From: an uncultured Acidimicrobiales bacterium
Lineage (GTDB): Bacteria > Actinomycetota > Acidimicrobiia > Acidimicrobiales > AC-14
DNA: 64,000 nucleotides
Direction of reading: 5' to 3'
Assembly: GCA_902805665.1 (NCBI GenBank)
Contig: CADCTB010000094.1
Location: forward strand, 1,960-65,959
Every line of letters starts with the position of its first letter. The stretch's first letter is position 1. Both the position numbers and the translations under genes were made by a program. Under the pieces are notes generated by a model. That model was not told where the DNA came from. It worked only from the letters and a program-made list of their open reading frames with translations, and ran no database searches. Positions 36,888 to 45,430 of the stretch are shown piece after piece.

Positions 36888-37798
36888 GGGGACGGTGCCC
36901 GGTGGACGAAGACCTCGTCGAGGGAGGTCAGGCGGTTGGTGAGCCGGTGCAGGGGCAGGTCGAGGTCGGCCACCACGTCGCGGATGGTGTCGAGCTCGGC
37001 GTCTCCGGTGATGGTGACCTCCAACAACCCGCCGTCGTCGCTCGTCACGGCCAGGCCGCGGCGGGTCAGCGCGGCGAGGAGGGTGGCGACCGCGGTGGGG
37101 CCGACGTCGACCGTGACGGTGCCCGTCTGGTGGAGCAGCGACTCGGTCGGCGCATCGGTGACCAGGCGACCACCGTCGAGCATGACCACGTGGTCGCAGA
37201 CCCGGGCCACGTCGTCGAGCAGGTGGGTGGCCAGGACCACGGCGATGCCGAAGCTGCCCAGCCGGTCGACCAGCGCGAGCATCTCCTCGCGCCCCGACGG
37301 GTCGAGGCCGGCGGTGGGCTCGTCGAGAAGGACGAGCTTCGGGTCGGCCACGATGGCCTGGGCCAGCTTCGTCCGCTGGCGCATGCCGGTGGAGAAGCCC
37401 CCCACCGGCCGGAAGCGGGCTTCGTCCAGGCCGACGAGGTCCAGCACTTCCGACGCCCGCTGGCGGGCGGCCCGCACCGGGAGCCCGCCGAGCTCACCGA
37501 AGGTGGCCACCACGTCGGCCGCGGTCTGGTCGAGGGGCAGGCAGTCGTGCTCGGGCATGTAGCCGATCTGGCTCCGCACGCCGATGGGGTCGTCGGCCAC
37601 CGGGATGCCACAGACGTCGACCGTGCCGGCATCGGGTTGGCTGAGGCCGAGGAGGAGGCGGAAGAGCGTTGTCTTTCCCGCTCCGTTGGCTCCCACCAAC
37701 CCCACGCTCCCGGCCGGCAGATCCAGGTCGACGGCGTCGAGGGCGGTGACGCCCGGATACCGCTTGGTCAGCCCCCGGGCGCGGACAATGGTCGACAT
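36884..37798 (-). CDS. ABC transporter ATP-binding protein
   Basis: Start at ATG 37798 ([14 protein letters not shown]). Walker [10 protein letters not shown], signature FSTGMRQR, Walker B LVLLDEPT. Confidence 0.85.
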   Translation of the reverse strand: MSTIVRARGLTKRYPGVTALDAVDLDLPAGSVGLVGANGAGKTTLFRLLLGLSQPDAGTVDVCGIPVADDPIGVRSQIGYMPEHDCLPLDQTAADVVATFGELGGLPVRAARQRASEVLDLVGLDEARFRPVGGFSTGMRQRTKLAQAIVADPKLVLLDEPTAGLDPSGREEMLALVDRLGSFGIAVVLATHLLDDVARVCDHVVMLDGGRLVTDAPTESLLHQTGTVTVDVGPTAVATLLAALTRRGLAVTSDDGGLLEVTITGDAELDTIRDVVADLDLPLHRLTNRLTSLDEVFVHRAPSP

Positions 37799-37818
37799 TC
37801 TCGTACCGACCGTACCGG

Positions 37819-38130
37819 TCAGACGGATTGGAGTCCTGCGACCACGCCCATGCCCACGATCAGGGTGAGGCCCACGTTCCTCGTGCGCCAGGCAACGAGT
37901 CCGGCCAGGACGCCGGCCAGGAGTCGGGGCTGAAGGAGATCGAGCTGGCCCTCGGGGCGGACGAGAGCGGGCAGGATGATGGCGGCCAGCGCGGCCGGAG
38001 GGATCTGGCGCAGGGCTCGCGCCAAGGCCGGGGGCACCGTGGCCATGCGGTGGGCGAAGGCGAGGAAAGAAGCCCGCATGGCGTAGGTGCCGGCTCCCGA
38101 GATCAGGATCGCCGACCAGATCCGGCTCAT
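37819..38130 (-). CDS. azlD: AzlD-family branched-chain amino acid exporter small subunit
   Basis: 103 aa, four hydrophobic segments, GTYAMRASF N-terminal motif. The ATG overlaps the azlC stop. Confidence 0.75.
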   Translation of the reverse strand: MSRIWSAILISGAGTYAMRASFLAFAHRMATVPPALARALRQIPPAALAAIILPALVRPEGQLDLLQPRLLAGVLAGLVAWRTRNVGLTLIVGMGVVAGLQSV

Positions 38131-38909
38131 GGCGACGCCGGCGGAGAGCCGCCAGTGGATGACGCCGGCGGAGAGCCGCCAGTGGATGACGCCGGCGGAG
38201 AGCCGCCAGTGGATGACGCCGGCGCGCCGCGGCGGGCGTCGACGACTGCGCCGGCGGCGATGCCCGCTCCGGCCCCGACGATCGTCGACAGAGGTCCGGC
38301 ACCGGCCTCGGCGGCGATCACGGCCACCACACCGCCGGCCACCGCGGCGGCGACCGCAGGCGTGCTGACGAGCAGGGGGATGAGGAGCACCAGGAAGACG
38401 AGCGGCACCGCGAAGTCGAGCGGCACGGAGTCGGGCACCGCGCTCTCCAGGACGACGCCGGCGATGGTCGCCGCCACCCAGCCGGCCCAGAGGAGCACTC
38501 CGGCGCCCACGTAGAAGGCCAGCCGGCCCTCGGTACGCTCCTCACCGGCCCAGTGGGTCACCGACAGGGCGTACACCTGGTCGTTGAGGAGGTAGGCGGC
38601 GCCGAGCCGGCGGCGGGTCGACTCGTGCCCCAGGTAGGGCGCCAGCGACGCCGAGTACAGGACCATGCGCAGGTTGATGGTGCAGGCGGCGAGGATGGCG
38701 ACCACTGCCGAGCCGCCCTGGGAGAGCACGTCGACGATCGCCAGCTGCGACGCGCCGGCGAAGACAACGGTGGAGAGACCCATCGCCGTCCACCCGCCGA
38801 GTCCGTGGGCCACCGGAGCCGCCCCGGCCACGAGGCCGAACGGGACGACGCCGAGCAGCATGGGCGCGACCGCCGACGCGCCGGCGCGCGCGTGGGTCAG
38901 CGACGGCAT
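38127..38909 (-). CDS. azlC: AzlC-family branched-chain amino acid exporter with a repeat-expanded C-terminal tail
   Basis: FAGASQLA, LINLRMVLYSASL and LNDQVYA are typical of AzlC. The C-terminus carries 3 x PASSTGGSP, encoded by the 27-bp repeat. Confidence 0.8.
   Translation of the reverse strand: MPSLTHARAGASAVAPMLLGVVPFGLVAGAAPVAHGLGGWTAMGLSTVVFAGASQLAIVDVLSQGGSAVVAILAACTINLRMVLYSASLAPYLGHESTRRRLGAAYLLNDQVYALSVTHWAGEERTEGRLAFYVGAGVLLWAGWVAATIAGVVLESAVPDSVPLDFAVPLVFLVLLIPLLVSTPAVAAAVAGGVVAVIAAEAGAGPLSTIVGAGAGIAAGAVVDARRGAPASSTGGSPPASSTGGSPPASSTGGSPPASP
38134..38224. repeat. 27-bp in-frame tandem repeat, 3 perfect copies plus a 10-nt partial (GACGCCGGCGGAGAGCCGCCAGTGGAT)
   Basis: Copies at 38134-38160, 38161-38187 and 38188-38214, with a partial copy at 38215-38224. 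It lies immediately 5' of the azlC-stop/azlD-start overlap. Confidence 0.9.
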
Positions 38910-38958
38910 CGGACGATGATGCCCGGTGATCAGCCGGTTCCCTGACGAATTACCGGTG

Positions 38959-40110
38959 TCAGCAGTACTTGGTGAGGGTCGAGTACGGGTTCGTGTAGCC
39001 GCTGCCGCCCGGATGGATCTCGAAATGGAGGTGGGGCGGGCCGCCTGACGCGTCGCCCGTGTTGCCGACCGTGCCGATCACGGTGCCGGCCGTCACCCGG
39101 CCGCTGGCGCCGAACGAATCGAGGTGGGCGCCGAAGTACCGGTTCCCGTCGTCGCCGGCCAGGAAGTAGGCGAGCCCGCTCACCGCTCCGGACCGTTGGG
39201 TCACGACTCCGCCGACGTTGGCCACGACCGGCGTTCCCTTGGGCGCCAGGATGTCGTTGCCCTGATGGCTCGATCCGCCGCCGCGAGACGCGCCGTAGTC
39301 GTTGCTGAAGGAGTGGGGTCCCTGCACGGGACAGATCCACTCGGCCGAGGACACGGCCGGGGCCGGGGCGGGGACCGGGGCTCGAGTGGTCGCGGGTGGC
39401 GTCGCCGGTCGGGGAGGAGCGGTCGGCGCAGGGGACGGCTCCCCGTTCGAGGCCGATGGGCCGGCCGCGGCTGACGTCGTCGCGGTCACGGCGGGGGGAG
39501 CGGCGGCGGCCGATGCGGCCGCGGCCGCGGCGTCCGAACGTCGCTGCTGTTCCTCCCGGGCGGCGCGCGCCTGCTCCTCCAGCCGCGCCAGCCGGGCGAG
39601 CTCGCGCATCGCGTCGTCCTGCCGCCGGCGGAGATCGTCGATGACGCCGGCGCGCGCGTCCTGTTCGCGCTCGAGGGCCGCCACCTCGTCGCGCAGGTCG
39701 GCCTTGTCGGCCCGGTACTGGCTGAGCGCTTCCGTCGAGGTCTCGGCGACCACGCTGGCGTACTGCTGAGCGCGGACGACCTCGTTGGCGTCGGCCATAC
39801 GGAGGAGCCGGGTGATCTGCGACGTCCCCTGGACGTACTGGCGGACGGCCAGCTGGCTCACCTGGTCTCGCACCGCCGCTACCCGGGCGTCGACCCTGGC
39901 CACCCGGGCCTCGAGGTTGGCGACAGTGTCGTCGGCGTGTGCCCGCTGCTCCACCGCCCTCGACAGTTCTTCGGCGGCCTTGTTGGCGCGCTGCTGCGCC
40001 GTCGCCACATCCTCGGTCTGGGCGATCGCGGGGCACGTCAGCGTCGCGAGGACCACGACGATCGCTGCGACGCCCGCCAGCGTGGCTTTCCGACGCTGCC
40101 GGGAACCCAT
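38959..40110 (-). CDS. Secreted M23-family peptidoglycan metalloendopeptidase with coiled-coil N-terminal region
   Basis: Start at ATG 40110 (signal-like MGSRQRRKATLAGVAAIVVVLA). A long Ala/Arg/Glu coiled-coil region is followed by a Pro/Ala linker. M23 motifs HQGNDI (HxxxD) and HLHFEIH (HxH) are present. Confidence 0.8.
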   Translation of the reverse strand: MGSRQRRKATLAGVAAIVVVLATLTCPAIAQTEDVATAQQRANKAAEELSRAVEQRAHADDTVANLEARVARVDARVAAVRDQVSQLAVRQYVQGTSQITRLLRMADANEVVRAQQYASVVAETSTEALSQYRADKADLRDEVAALEREQDARAGVIDDLRRRQDDAMRELARLARLEEQARAAREEQQRRSDAAAAAASAAAAPPAVTATTSAAAGPSASNGEPSPAPTAPPRPATPPATTRAPVPAPAPAVSSAEWICPVQGPHSFSNDYGASRGGGSSHQGNDILAPKGTPVVANVGGVVTQRSGAVSGLAYFLAGDDGNRYFGAHLDSFGASGRVTAGTVIGTVGNTGDASGGPPHLHFEIHPGGSGYTNPYSTLTKYC

Positions 40111-40240
40111 GACCCGGACAACTGTAGGGCGGTCCGCCGCCCGCCGCAGGTTGCAGGAAAACGCATTTTTCGAGGACTTCACTGCTCGGATCCAGTGAAC
40201 GGCATTCCCGACGGCGGGGCCGGGCTGGAGGAGCGAAGAC

Positions 40241-40774
40241 ATGCGTACGGCATCCCTGTTGGCAGATCGACCGGCCCTTCCGGTCCTGACATCCCTGCGC
40301 ACGTCTTCGGAGAAGGGACGGCGCCGCCGCCTTGCCGTACCCGTGCTGGCGATGACCAGCGGTGTGGTCGTGCTGGCGGTGGCCGTGAGCCTGGTGCTCG
40401 ACCAGCAGCGCTCGGCGCCGGCCGGCGCCCCCTCACCGCCGCCGGCCGTGACCGTGGACCCGTCAGCCATCACTGTCTCGGCCCGCGACATCTCCGTCGT
40501 CACCCAGGTGTACGGCGCCGGCGAGGACAGCGGCTGGCACACCCACTCCGGCATCCACGCGGTGACCGTGCTGTCCGGTGTGCTGACCGTCTACGACGCG
40601 CAGTGCCGGCCGCAGACCTTCGAGCCCGGGCGGCCCTATGTCGGTGGCCAGGACCTTCACCTCGTGCGCAATGAGACCGCGGCGCCGGTGGAGATGGCCG
40701 TGACCTATCTCAGCCCTTCGCATGGAGGCGGCCCGACGCAACGTCTGCCGGCGCCCACCGGCTGCGCCGCCTGA
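40241..40774 (+). CDS. Membrane-anchored cupin-domain protein
   Basis: TM helix VVVLAVAVSLVL, then the cupin motif SGWHTHSGIHAVTVLSG...HLVRN. Confidence 0.6.
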   Translation: MRTASLLADRPALPVLTSLRTSSEKGRRRRLAVPVLAMTSGVVVLAVAVSLVLDQQRSAPAGAPSPPPAVTVDPSAITVSARDISVVTQVYGAGEDSGWHTHSGIHAVTVLSGVLTVYDAQCRPQTFEPGRPYVGGQDLHLVRNETAAPVEMAVTYLSPSHGGGPTQRLPAPTGCAA

Positions 40775-40831
40775 GCACAGAGGCCCAGTGTCGTCGGACT
40801 GAGTGGACCGCCCGGATTACACGACCGTGAC

Positions 40832-40861
40832 CTGACGGGCCTCGGCCGCGAGGCCCGTCAG
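40832..40861. terminator. Perfect 13-bp stem / 4-nt loop GC-rich hairpin between convergent genes
   Basis: CTGACGGGCCTCG-GCCG-CGAGGCCCGTCAG, read directly. It overlaps the TGA of the PHP gene (40858-40860) and lies 58 nt after the cupin stop. There is no U-tract, which is common in high-GC actinobacteria. Confidence 0.5.
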
Positions 40862-41703
40862 GCGCGAGCCGGGCGGCGGGCGTCCAGGTCGGAGAGCACC
40901 TCCGCCGGAACGGTGAGATCCCCCCGTCCGATACCCACCTGGAGGTCTGGCTTGTAGGTGCCGTGGTAATCGGATCCACCGGTGACGACCAGGTCGTGGC
41001 GCCGGGCCAGTGCCGACAGCATGGCGCGTTCCGCAGGCGGGTAGCGGCCATAGACGGCCTCCAGGCCCGCGACTCCCTCTTCGGCCATCTCCTGGACGGC
41101 CTCGTCGAGCCGGCTCGGTTCGAGCCGCAGGCTCAGCGGATGGGCCACCACCGGCACGCCGCCCGATGCCCGCACCAGCCGGACGGCCTCCACCAGCCCG
41201 AGGCGGGGCCTCTCGACGTGAGCCGGCCGCCCGTCGGCCAGCCACTCCTCGAACGCCTCCTGGATGGAGGAGACCACTCCCTTTCTCACCAGGATGGCGG
41301 CGACGTGAGGGCGTCCGACGCCGACCCCACCTGCCTCCGCTTCCATCTCCTCGAGGGTCACCGGCAGGCCGAGCTGGGCAAGACGGGCCGCCAGTCGCGC
41401 GTTGCGCTCCGAACGCCACTGCTGGAGCCGTTCGAGGGCGGTGTGCAGCGGCCCCCCGTCCTCCTCGACGAAGTAGGCGAGCAGGTGGAGCGTGCCGTAC
41501 GCCGTGTCGCACGACACTTCACAGCCGCCGACCAGCTCGATGCCGAGCTCGCCGCCCCGGCACCGCGCCGCCTGGACTCCGTCGAGACGGTCGTGGTCCG
41601 TCAGAGCGACTGCCGTGCAGCCGACCGCGTGTGCCAGCTCGGGTATGCGTTCGGGCGGGTCGGAACCGTCGGAGCGGTTCGAGTGGGTGTGGAGGTCGAT
41701 CAC
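40858..41703 (-). CDS. PHP-domain metal-dependent phosphoesterase (TrpH/YciV-like)
   Basis: GTG start at 41703 (VIDLHTHSNRSDGS). LTDHD, HLLAYF and GGSDYHG are PHP motifs. The N-terminal part in the ORF track is rejected. Confidence 0.8.
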   Translation of the reverse strand: MIDLHTHSNRSDGSDPPERIPELAHAVGCTAVALTDHDRLDGVQAARCRGGELGIELVGGCEVSCDTAYGTLHLLAYFVEEDGGPLHTALERLQQWRSERNARLAARLAQLGLPVTLEEMEAEAGGVGVGRPHVAAILVRKGVVSSIQEAFEEWLADGRPAHVERPRLGLVEAVRLVRASGGVPVVAHPLSLRLEPSRLDEAVQEMAEEGVAGLEAVYGRYPPAERAMLSALARRHDLVVTGGSDYHGTYKPDLQVGIGRGDLTVPAEVLSDLDARRPARA

Positions 41704-41822
41704 GTCCTGGAGATGTCTAGCCCGTACAGGAGGTTCGTACGGTCTGGCCGGCCACGTCGTTCGGGCTCTACGCCCGCGGGCTGAGGTGACAGGCAGGAGG
41801 TTGCCGCTACCTTGAGTGGTCC

Positions 41823-42155
41823 ATGGAGGCCGAGGAGCGCTTCGCAGCGCTGGTCCAGAAGTTCGCCACTGAGCCGGACGTCGAGGTGCCGGGTGCATCG
41901 AACCGGCGCAGGTTCGGCTCCGACGCGCTCAAGGTCAACGGCTCGATCTTCGCAATGGTGACTGGCGGCCGGCTCGTCGTGAAGCTCCCACGCGACCGAG
42001 TCGACGCCGTGGTCGGCGCCGGAGACGGTGCGCCGTTCGACAATGGCAGGGGACGGCCGATGAAGGAATGGCTGACGGTGGTCGACGACGATGATGAGAC
42101 CTGGCTGACGCTGACCCGAGAGGCTCTGCACTTCGTGAGGTCCAAGCGCGCATGA
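41823..42155 (+). CDS. TfoX-N-terminal-like domain protein
   Basis: 110 aa. The FGSDALKVNGSIFAMVTGGRLVVKLP...PMKEWLTV pattern resembles TfoX_N/YjbR-like small proteins. Confidence 0.5.
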   Translation: MEAEERFAALVQKFATEPDVEVPGASNRRRFGSDALKVNGSIFAMVTGGRLVVKLPRDRVDAVVGAGDGAPFDNGRGRPMKEWLTVVDDDDETWLTLTREALHFVRSKRA

Positions 42156-42207
42156 TGTGAGGCCGCTTCGGCTGAGGTGCTCGGGGCGGGCCACGTATCC
42201 TGACGCG

Positions 42208-42513
42208 ATGCGACGGCTGGCAGCCCTGAACCTCGCCCAGCGAATCGTTGTGGTGGTCGCTCTAGCGGTGGGGTTCCATACGGTCTGGACGTACCTTGTG
42301 TGGCGTCCGGCCGGCGGCGGCTGGTACTCGTATGCGCCGCTGTCGCGGGAGACGTACGCACCGCTGTCCGCTCACACCTACTACGGCGCTTCGGGGTCGG
42401 GTGTGGTTCGCGCCCTCGTCGCGATCGCTCTCATCGTGGTCTGGGCGTGGGCGTCGATCTGGCTCCTAGGTCTCTCGCAGCCCCATTCCGGCGGTCAGCC
42501 AGATTCCAGCTGA
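42208..42513 (+). CDS. Hypothetical membrane protein (two TM helices)
   Basis: ATG 42208 (alternative GTG at 42157, directly after the upstream stop). Hydrophobic helices IVVVVALAVGF and ALVAIALIVVWAWASIWLLGL. Confidence 0.4.
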   Translation: MRRLAALNLAQRIVVVVALAVGFHTVWTYLVWRPAGGGWYSYAPLSRETYAPLSAHTYYGASGSGVVRALVAIALIVVWAWASIWLLGLSQPHSGGQPDSS

Positions 42514-42544
42514 CGCCCCCGCACCCGACGGCGGACAGCGCCGG

Positions 42545-43093
42545 TCACTCCTCGGCCCCGGACGATGATGCCGGTAGGGAGTCATAGAGGACGTGATGGT
42601 CGCCGCGGCGAGCACCCGGCGTGATCGGGTGGTCGGCGAGCCGGCCGTCGTGGAAGAGATGCTGCACGCGCAGTCCGGCGATGAGAACGATGTGATCGGC
42701 AAGAAGCCGCCGGTGGCAGCGCCACCACACCGCCTCCGAACACATCACCGCCACACGCGCCGCCGACGCCAGTTCGAGCAGCTCGCCGACCCCGCCGCCG
42801 AACTCGTTCGAGGCCATATGGTCGGCGTACGCCCGGAACTGGGCGTTTCGTAGCGCGACGTTCGGTGACGCTTGGGAAGCCTTCCTCCGACCCCCGAGGG
42901 TCGGCATCCACCGGTACGCCACGCCCTCCTCTGGCAACCAGCGTCTCATCTCCTCTCCGCCGAACTGGGGGTTGTGCCGGCTGCCGGGGAAACGACGAAC
43001 ATCCACGATGGCGTCCAAGCCGGCCTCGCGTACGAGGGCGGCGAAGGCGGCAGACGGGAGTGTCCCATGGCCGACCGTGACGATTGTCACCAC
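42545..43093 (-). CDS. DUF488-domain protein
   Basis: GTG start. TVGHGT, VDVRRFPGSRHNPQF and MCSEAVWWRCHRRL are typical of DUF488. Confidence 0.8.
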   Translation of the reverse strand: MVTIVTVGHGTLPSAAFAALVREAGLDAIVDVRRFPGSRHNPQFGGEEMRRWLPEEGVAYRWMPTLGGRRKASQASPNVALRNAQFRAYADHMASNEFGGGVGELLELASAARVAVMCSEAVWWRCHRRLLADHIVLIAGLRVQHLFHDGRLADHPITPGARRGDHHVLYDSLPASSSGAEE

Positions 43094-43556
43094 TGGCCTC
43101 AGCCTCGCGGCGGAACGAAGCGGGACGGAGAGGAGCAGGAATGACGTCGATCAGCCACTGCATGCGAAGCATCGGTGACCTTCACACGGGGCGCGAGCCG
43201 GACCATCATCGACACGTTTCTGCCCAGCGCTGAGACGGCGACACGGTGAACGCTCCACCGCGTTCCTTCAGCCGACACTGATGCGGGGCGCCGGTACCTG
43301 GGAGTACGCGCAGGACGCCCAGCACATGGCTGTGCCGGGCCGGACGGCGCGACCGGCTGTGTCCGGAGAGCCTTAAGCGTTCTTGAAGCAGCAGGCGACA
43401 CAATGCTCCGGATCGGCCGTGGCTCGGACTCGTCGTCGTAGGTAGGAGAGGGATGCGGGTGCGTCAGGATCAGCCAGCGAAGGGCACCGCACCGAGCGCC
43501 GCCGACCAGCCGCCTCGGGTGAATCTCGGCCGTGTCGGCTGGAAGCCGTCCGTGCG

Positions 43557-43889
43557 GTGTGCATGGGCCGCGCACGCGGGGTGATACGAAAGCGGCTCGC
43601 CGGATTGGTCCGGGGAAAGTCCTCGGACCAGCACGCCGACGCCGGCGTGCGCGCCGCGGCGGCCGACCACCCGGGGCTTCTCATCATCCGGGCGTGGATC
43701 GAACGGGGGTCGCCTGAGCCTCTTCGAGCCCATATTCGTCTCACCACCGACGTCTCTGCCGGTTTCGAGCGCAGCCTCACGCTGACGCGAGCCGACGACG
43801 TCTGTGCGACCGTTGCCGAGTGGCTGGCCGACTGTGCACGCGAGGCCGCGTCTGATGACACCCCGAGCGCCGGGGAGGACCCGGACTGA
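43557..43889 (+). CDS. Hypothetical small protein
   Basis: The only plausible ORF between DUF488 and the tRNA. The core LLIIRAWIERGSPEPLRAHIRLTTDV...ADDVCATVAEWL looks like small conserved actinobacterial hypothetical proteins. The start is uncertain (GTG 43557 or ATG 43563). Confidence 0.4.
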   Translation: MCMGRARGVIRKRLAGLVRGKSSDQHADAGVRAAAADHPGLLIIRAWIERGSPEPLRAHIRLTTDVSAGFERSLTLTRADDVCATVAEWLADCAREAASDDTPSAGEDPD

Positions 43890-43954
43890 GGCTCGAGCGT
43901 GACGAGCTCGCGTGCCCGAGCTCAACCGACCTGGGCCTCTACCGAGCGAGTGGG

Positions 43955-44027
43955 TGGAGGTGAGCGGATTCGAACCGCCGACTTCCACGTTGCGAACGTG
44001 GCGCTCTGCCAGCTGAGCTACACCCCC
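43955..44027 (-). tRNA. tRNA-Ala (anticodon CGC)
   Basis: The reverse complement folds by hand as GGGGGTG-TA-GCTC..GAGC-G-CCACG-TTCGCAA-CGTGG-AAGTC-GGCGG-TTCGAAT-CCGCT-CACCTCC-A. It has the G3:U70 alanine identity pair and the TTCGAAT T-loop. CCA is not encoded. Confidence 0.9.
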
Positions 44028-44040
44028 GGGCCGGCCCAGG

Positions 44041-44679
44041 TTAGTCGAGGGCGGTGGAGGCCTGGTCGAGCGCATTTTGCAGGCGGGCCTGGAGGAACGT
44101 GGTGGTGAGGTCGCCGCGGGTCCGCTCGAGGACGGCTCGGAGGGCGTCGGTGGTGCGGCGGAGGCCCCCGCTGACCGCGTCCGGATAGTCCATGGTGACG
44201 AGCAGGCCGTAGGCCTCGTCCATGGTGGCCAGCAGCGTCTCGCTGCGGGACAGGTCGCCCTGACGGAGGCGATCGAGGAGGTGACGACGCAACTCACTGG
44301 CCGCCTCGGCCAGGCCGTTGAGCCAGGCCGCAGGGGAAACGCCGAGGTCGACGGCCGAGGGGAGCGGGTCGTCCCCCACCATGGCGGCGGTCAGGCGGGC
44401 TTCCGCGTACTCCTTGGCCGCATCGTGCAGCGGACCGCTGCCGACGAGCGACGGGAAGGGCGCGAGCGCCTCCTGGGCCTCCCGCAGGGCGCCTCCCGCC
44501 TCGTCGGCCAGGCGCAGCGCCTCCTCGGGGCGGAGGAGGTGGACGGCCCGGATGGAGCTGCCACAGGCCCGTATGGTCCGCCGGCACGCAGCCAACGCGA
44601 TCTCACGGGCTGCGTTCGCGGCATCCAGCTCCGAACGCACATCGTGGCCGAGGGCGGCCAGCTCTCCGCTTCTGTCCAC
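44041..44679 (-). CDS. Translin/TRAX-like family protein
   Basis: 212 aa, all-helical. GLAEAASELRRHLLDRL and ...GGLRRTTDALRAVLERTRGDL line up by eye with the translin GEL.R and LR.K.D....E....DL blocks. The stop is 13 nt upstream of the tRNA-Ala 5' end. Confidence 0.55.
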   Translation of the reverse strand: MDRSGELAALGHDVRSELDAANAAREIALAACRRTIRACGSSIRAVHLLRPEEALRLADEAGGALREAQEALAPFPSLVGSGPLHDAAKEYAEARLTAAMVGDDPLPSAVDLGVSPAAWLNGLAEAASELRRHLLDRLRQGDLSRSETLLATMDEAYGLLVTMDYPDAVSGGLRRTTDALRAVLERTRGDLTTTFLQARLQNALDQASTALD

Positions 44680-44709
44680 GGGCCCGGCCGGGCCGCAGGG
44701 AGGAACCGG

Positions 44710-45294
44710 CTAGTTGGCCGACCGGCGCAGGAGGGCCGGCTCGGCGCGCAGCAGGGCCGGGTCGAGCCGGTGGGCCTGGGGCAGGTAGCGGACCTTCATG
44801 TCCCGCTCGGCGGCCACATTGCGCTGGTGGATCAGGAGGGCCACATAGGCGACGAGGAGCACGTCGGCCACCACGTGGGTGACGAGCATGATCGCCATGG
44901 AGAACAGGAGGCCCAGGGCCAGGGTGGCGACGGCGGCGACCAGGAGAGCGGTCAGCACGTCGCGCCGGCGGCGGATGGTGCGGCTGCGGGCGGCGGACGC
45001 CGGTGCCACCGTGCGCATGCCCCGCACTGGCGCCCGGTGGGCGGCAACCGGCGCGGCCCGGCTGGTGCGGACCGGCCCGTGGACGGGAGCCAGCGTGGCG
45101 GACGACACGTGGGAGCGGCGCCAGGGGTCGCCGCCGGCGGCCCGGCCCGGGGGCCCGGTGCGGCGGAGAACCGTCAGCTGACGCTTGAAGTTGTGGATCG
45201 AGTCACCCGGTCGACCCTCTGCCCGAGCACGGACAGCGGGGGGGATGAGAACTGCGGCCCAGATACCAGCGAGGACCAGAAGAACCAATGTCAC
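44710..45294 (-). CDS. Membrane protein, possible GlpR/SepX-like division protein
   Basis: N-terminal TM helix LVLLVLAGIWAAVLIPPAV followed by basic residues, a disordered Arg/Pro/Ala middle, and two C-terminal TM helices. It sits in the galU-moeA neighbourhood. Confidence 0.45.
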   Translation of the reverse strand: MTLVLLVLAGIWAAVLIPPAVRARAEGRPGDSIHNFKRQLTVLRRTGPPGRAAGGDPWRRSHVSSATLAPVHGPVRTSRAAPVAAHRAPVRGMRTVAPASAARSRTIRRRRDVLTALLVAAVATLALGLLFSMAIMLVTHVVADVLLVAYVALLIHQRNVAAERDMKVRYLPQAHRLDPALLRAEPALLRRSAN

Positions 45295-45430
45295 GCTCCT
45301 CAGACCTTCCTTTACCTCGATGGACGGTACTGCGCCACGACCCGCGAAACGCGGATAGGGGGAGCCGGCGCCCCCTCTTCCTACCAGCCGAGGCAGGGAG
45401 AGGCAAGCGGCGGTGCCCCCGCCGGCGGCC

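Noticed and set aside
36884-38302. Long N-terminal extension of the ABC ATPase ORF (472 aa) containing repeated RRRHPLAAL
   Set aside because: The repeated peptide is just the 27-bp azlC repeat read in another frame. The ATPase starts at ATG 37798 with the canonical N-terminus.
40111-40240. Possible ydaO/c-di-AMP riboswitch upstream of the M23 peptidase. Cell-wall hydrolases often carry one in actinobacteria.
   Set aside because: Reading the reverse complement, I could not find the conserved ydaO core elements (for example the CAGCUAACC-type segment). Only about 130 nt is available. This should still be scanned with a covariance model.
41671-41700. GTCGGAGCGGTTCGAG inside the PHP gene, which resembles the tRNA-Ala T-arm region and might be an att-like repeat
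   Set aside because: The match is short and diverges after about 15 nt. It is in the opposite orientation to what a tRNA-flanking direct repeat needs, and it lies in conserved coding sequence (HTHSNRSDGS).
41823-43954. Integrated mobile element at the tRNA-Ala 3' end
   Set aside because: There is no integrase, excisionase or transposase ORF, and I could not find a convincing direct repeat of the tRNA 3' half. Only weak partial matches turned up (for example GGATCGAAC at about 43716). This is kept only as a low-confidence idea within a finding.
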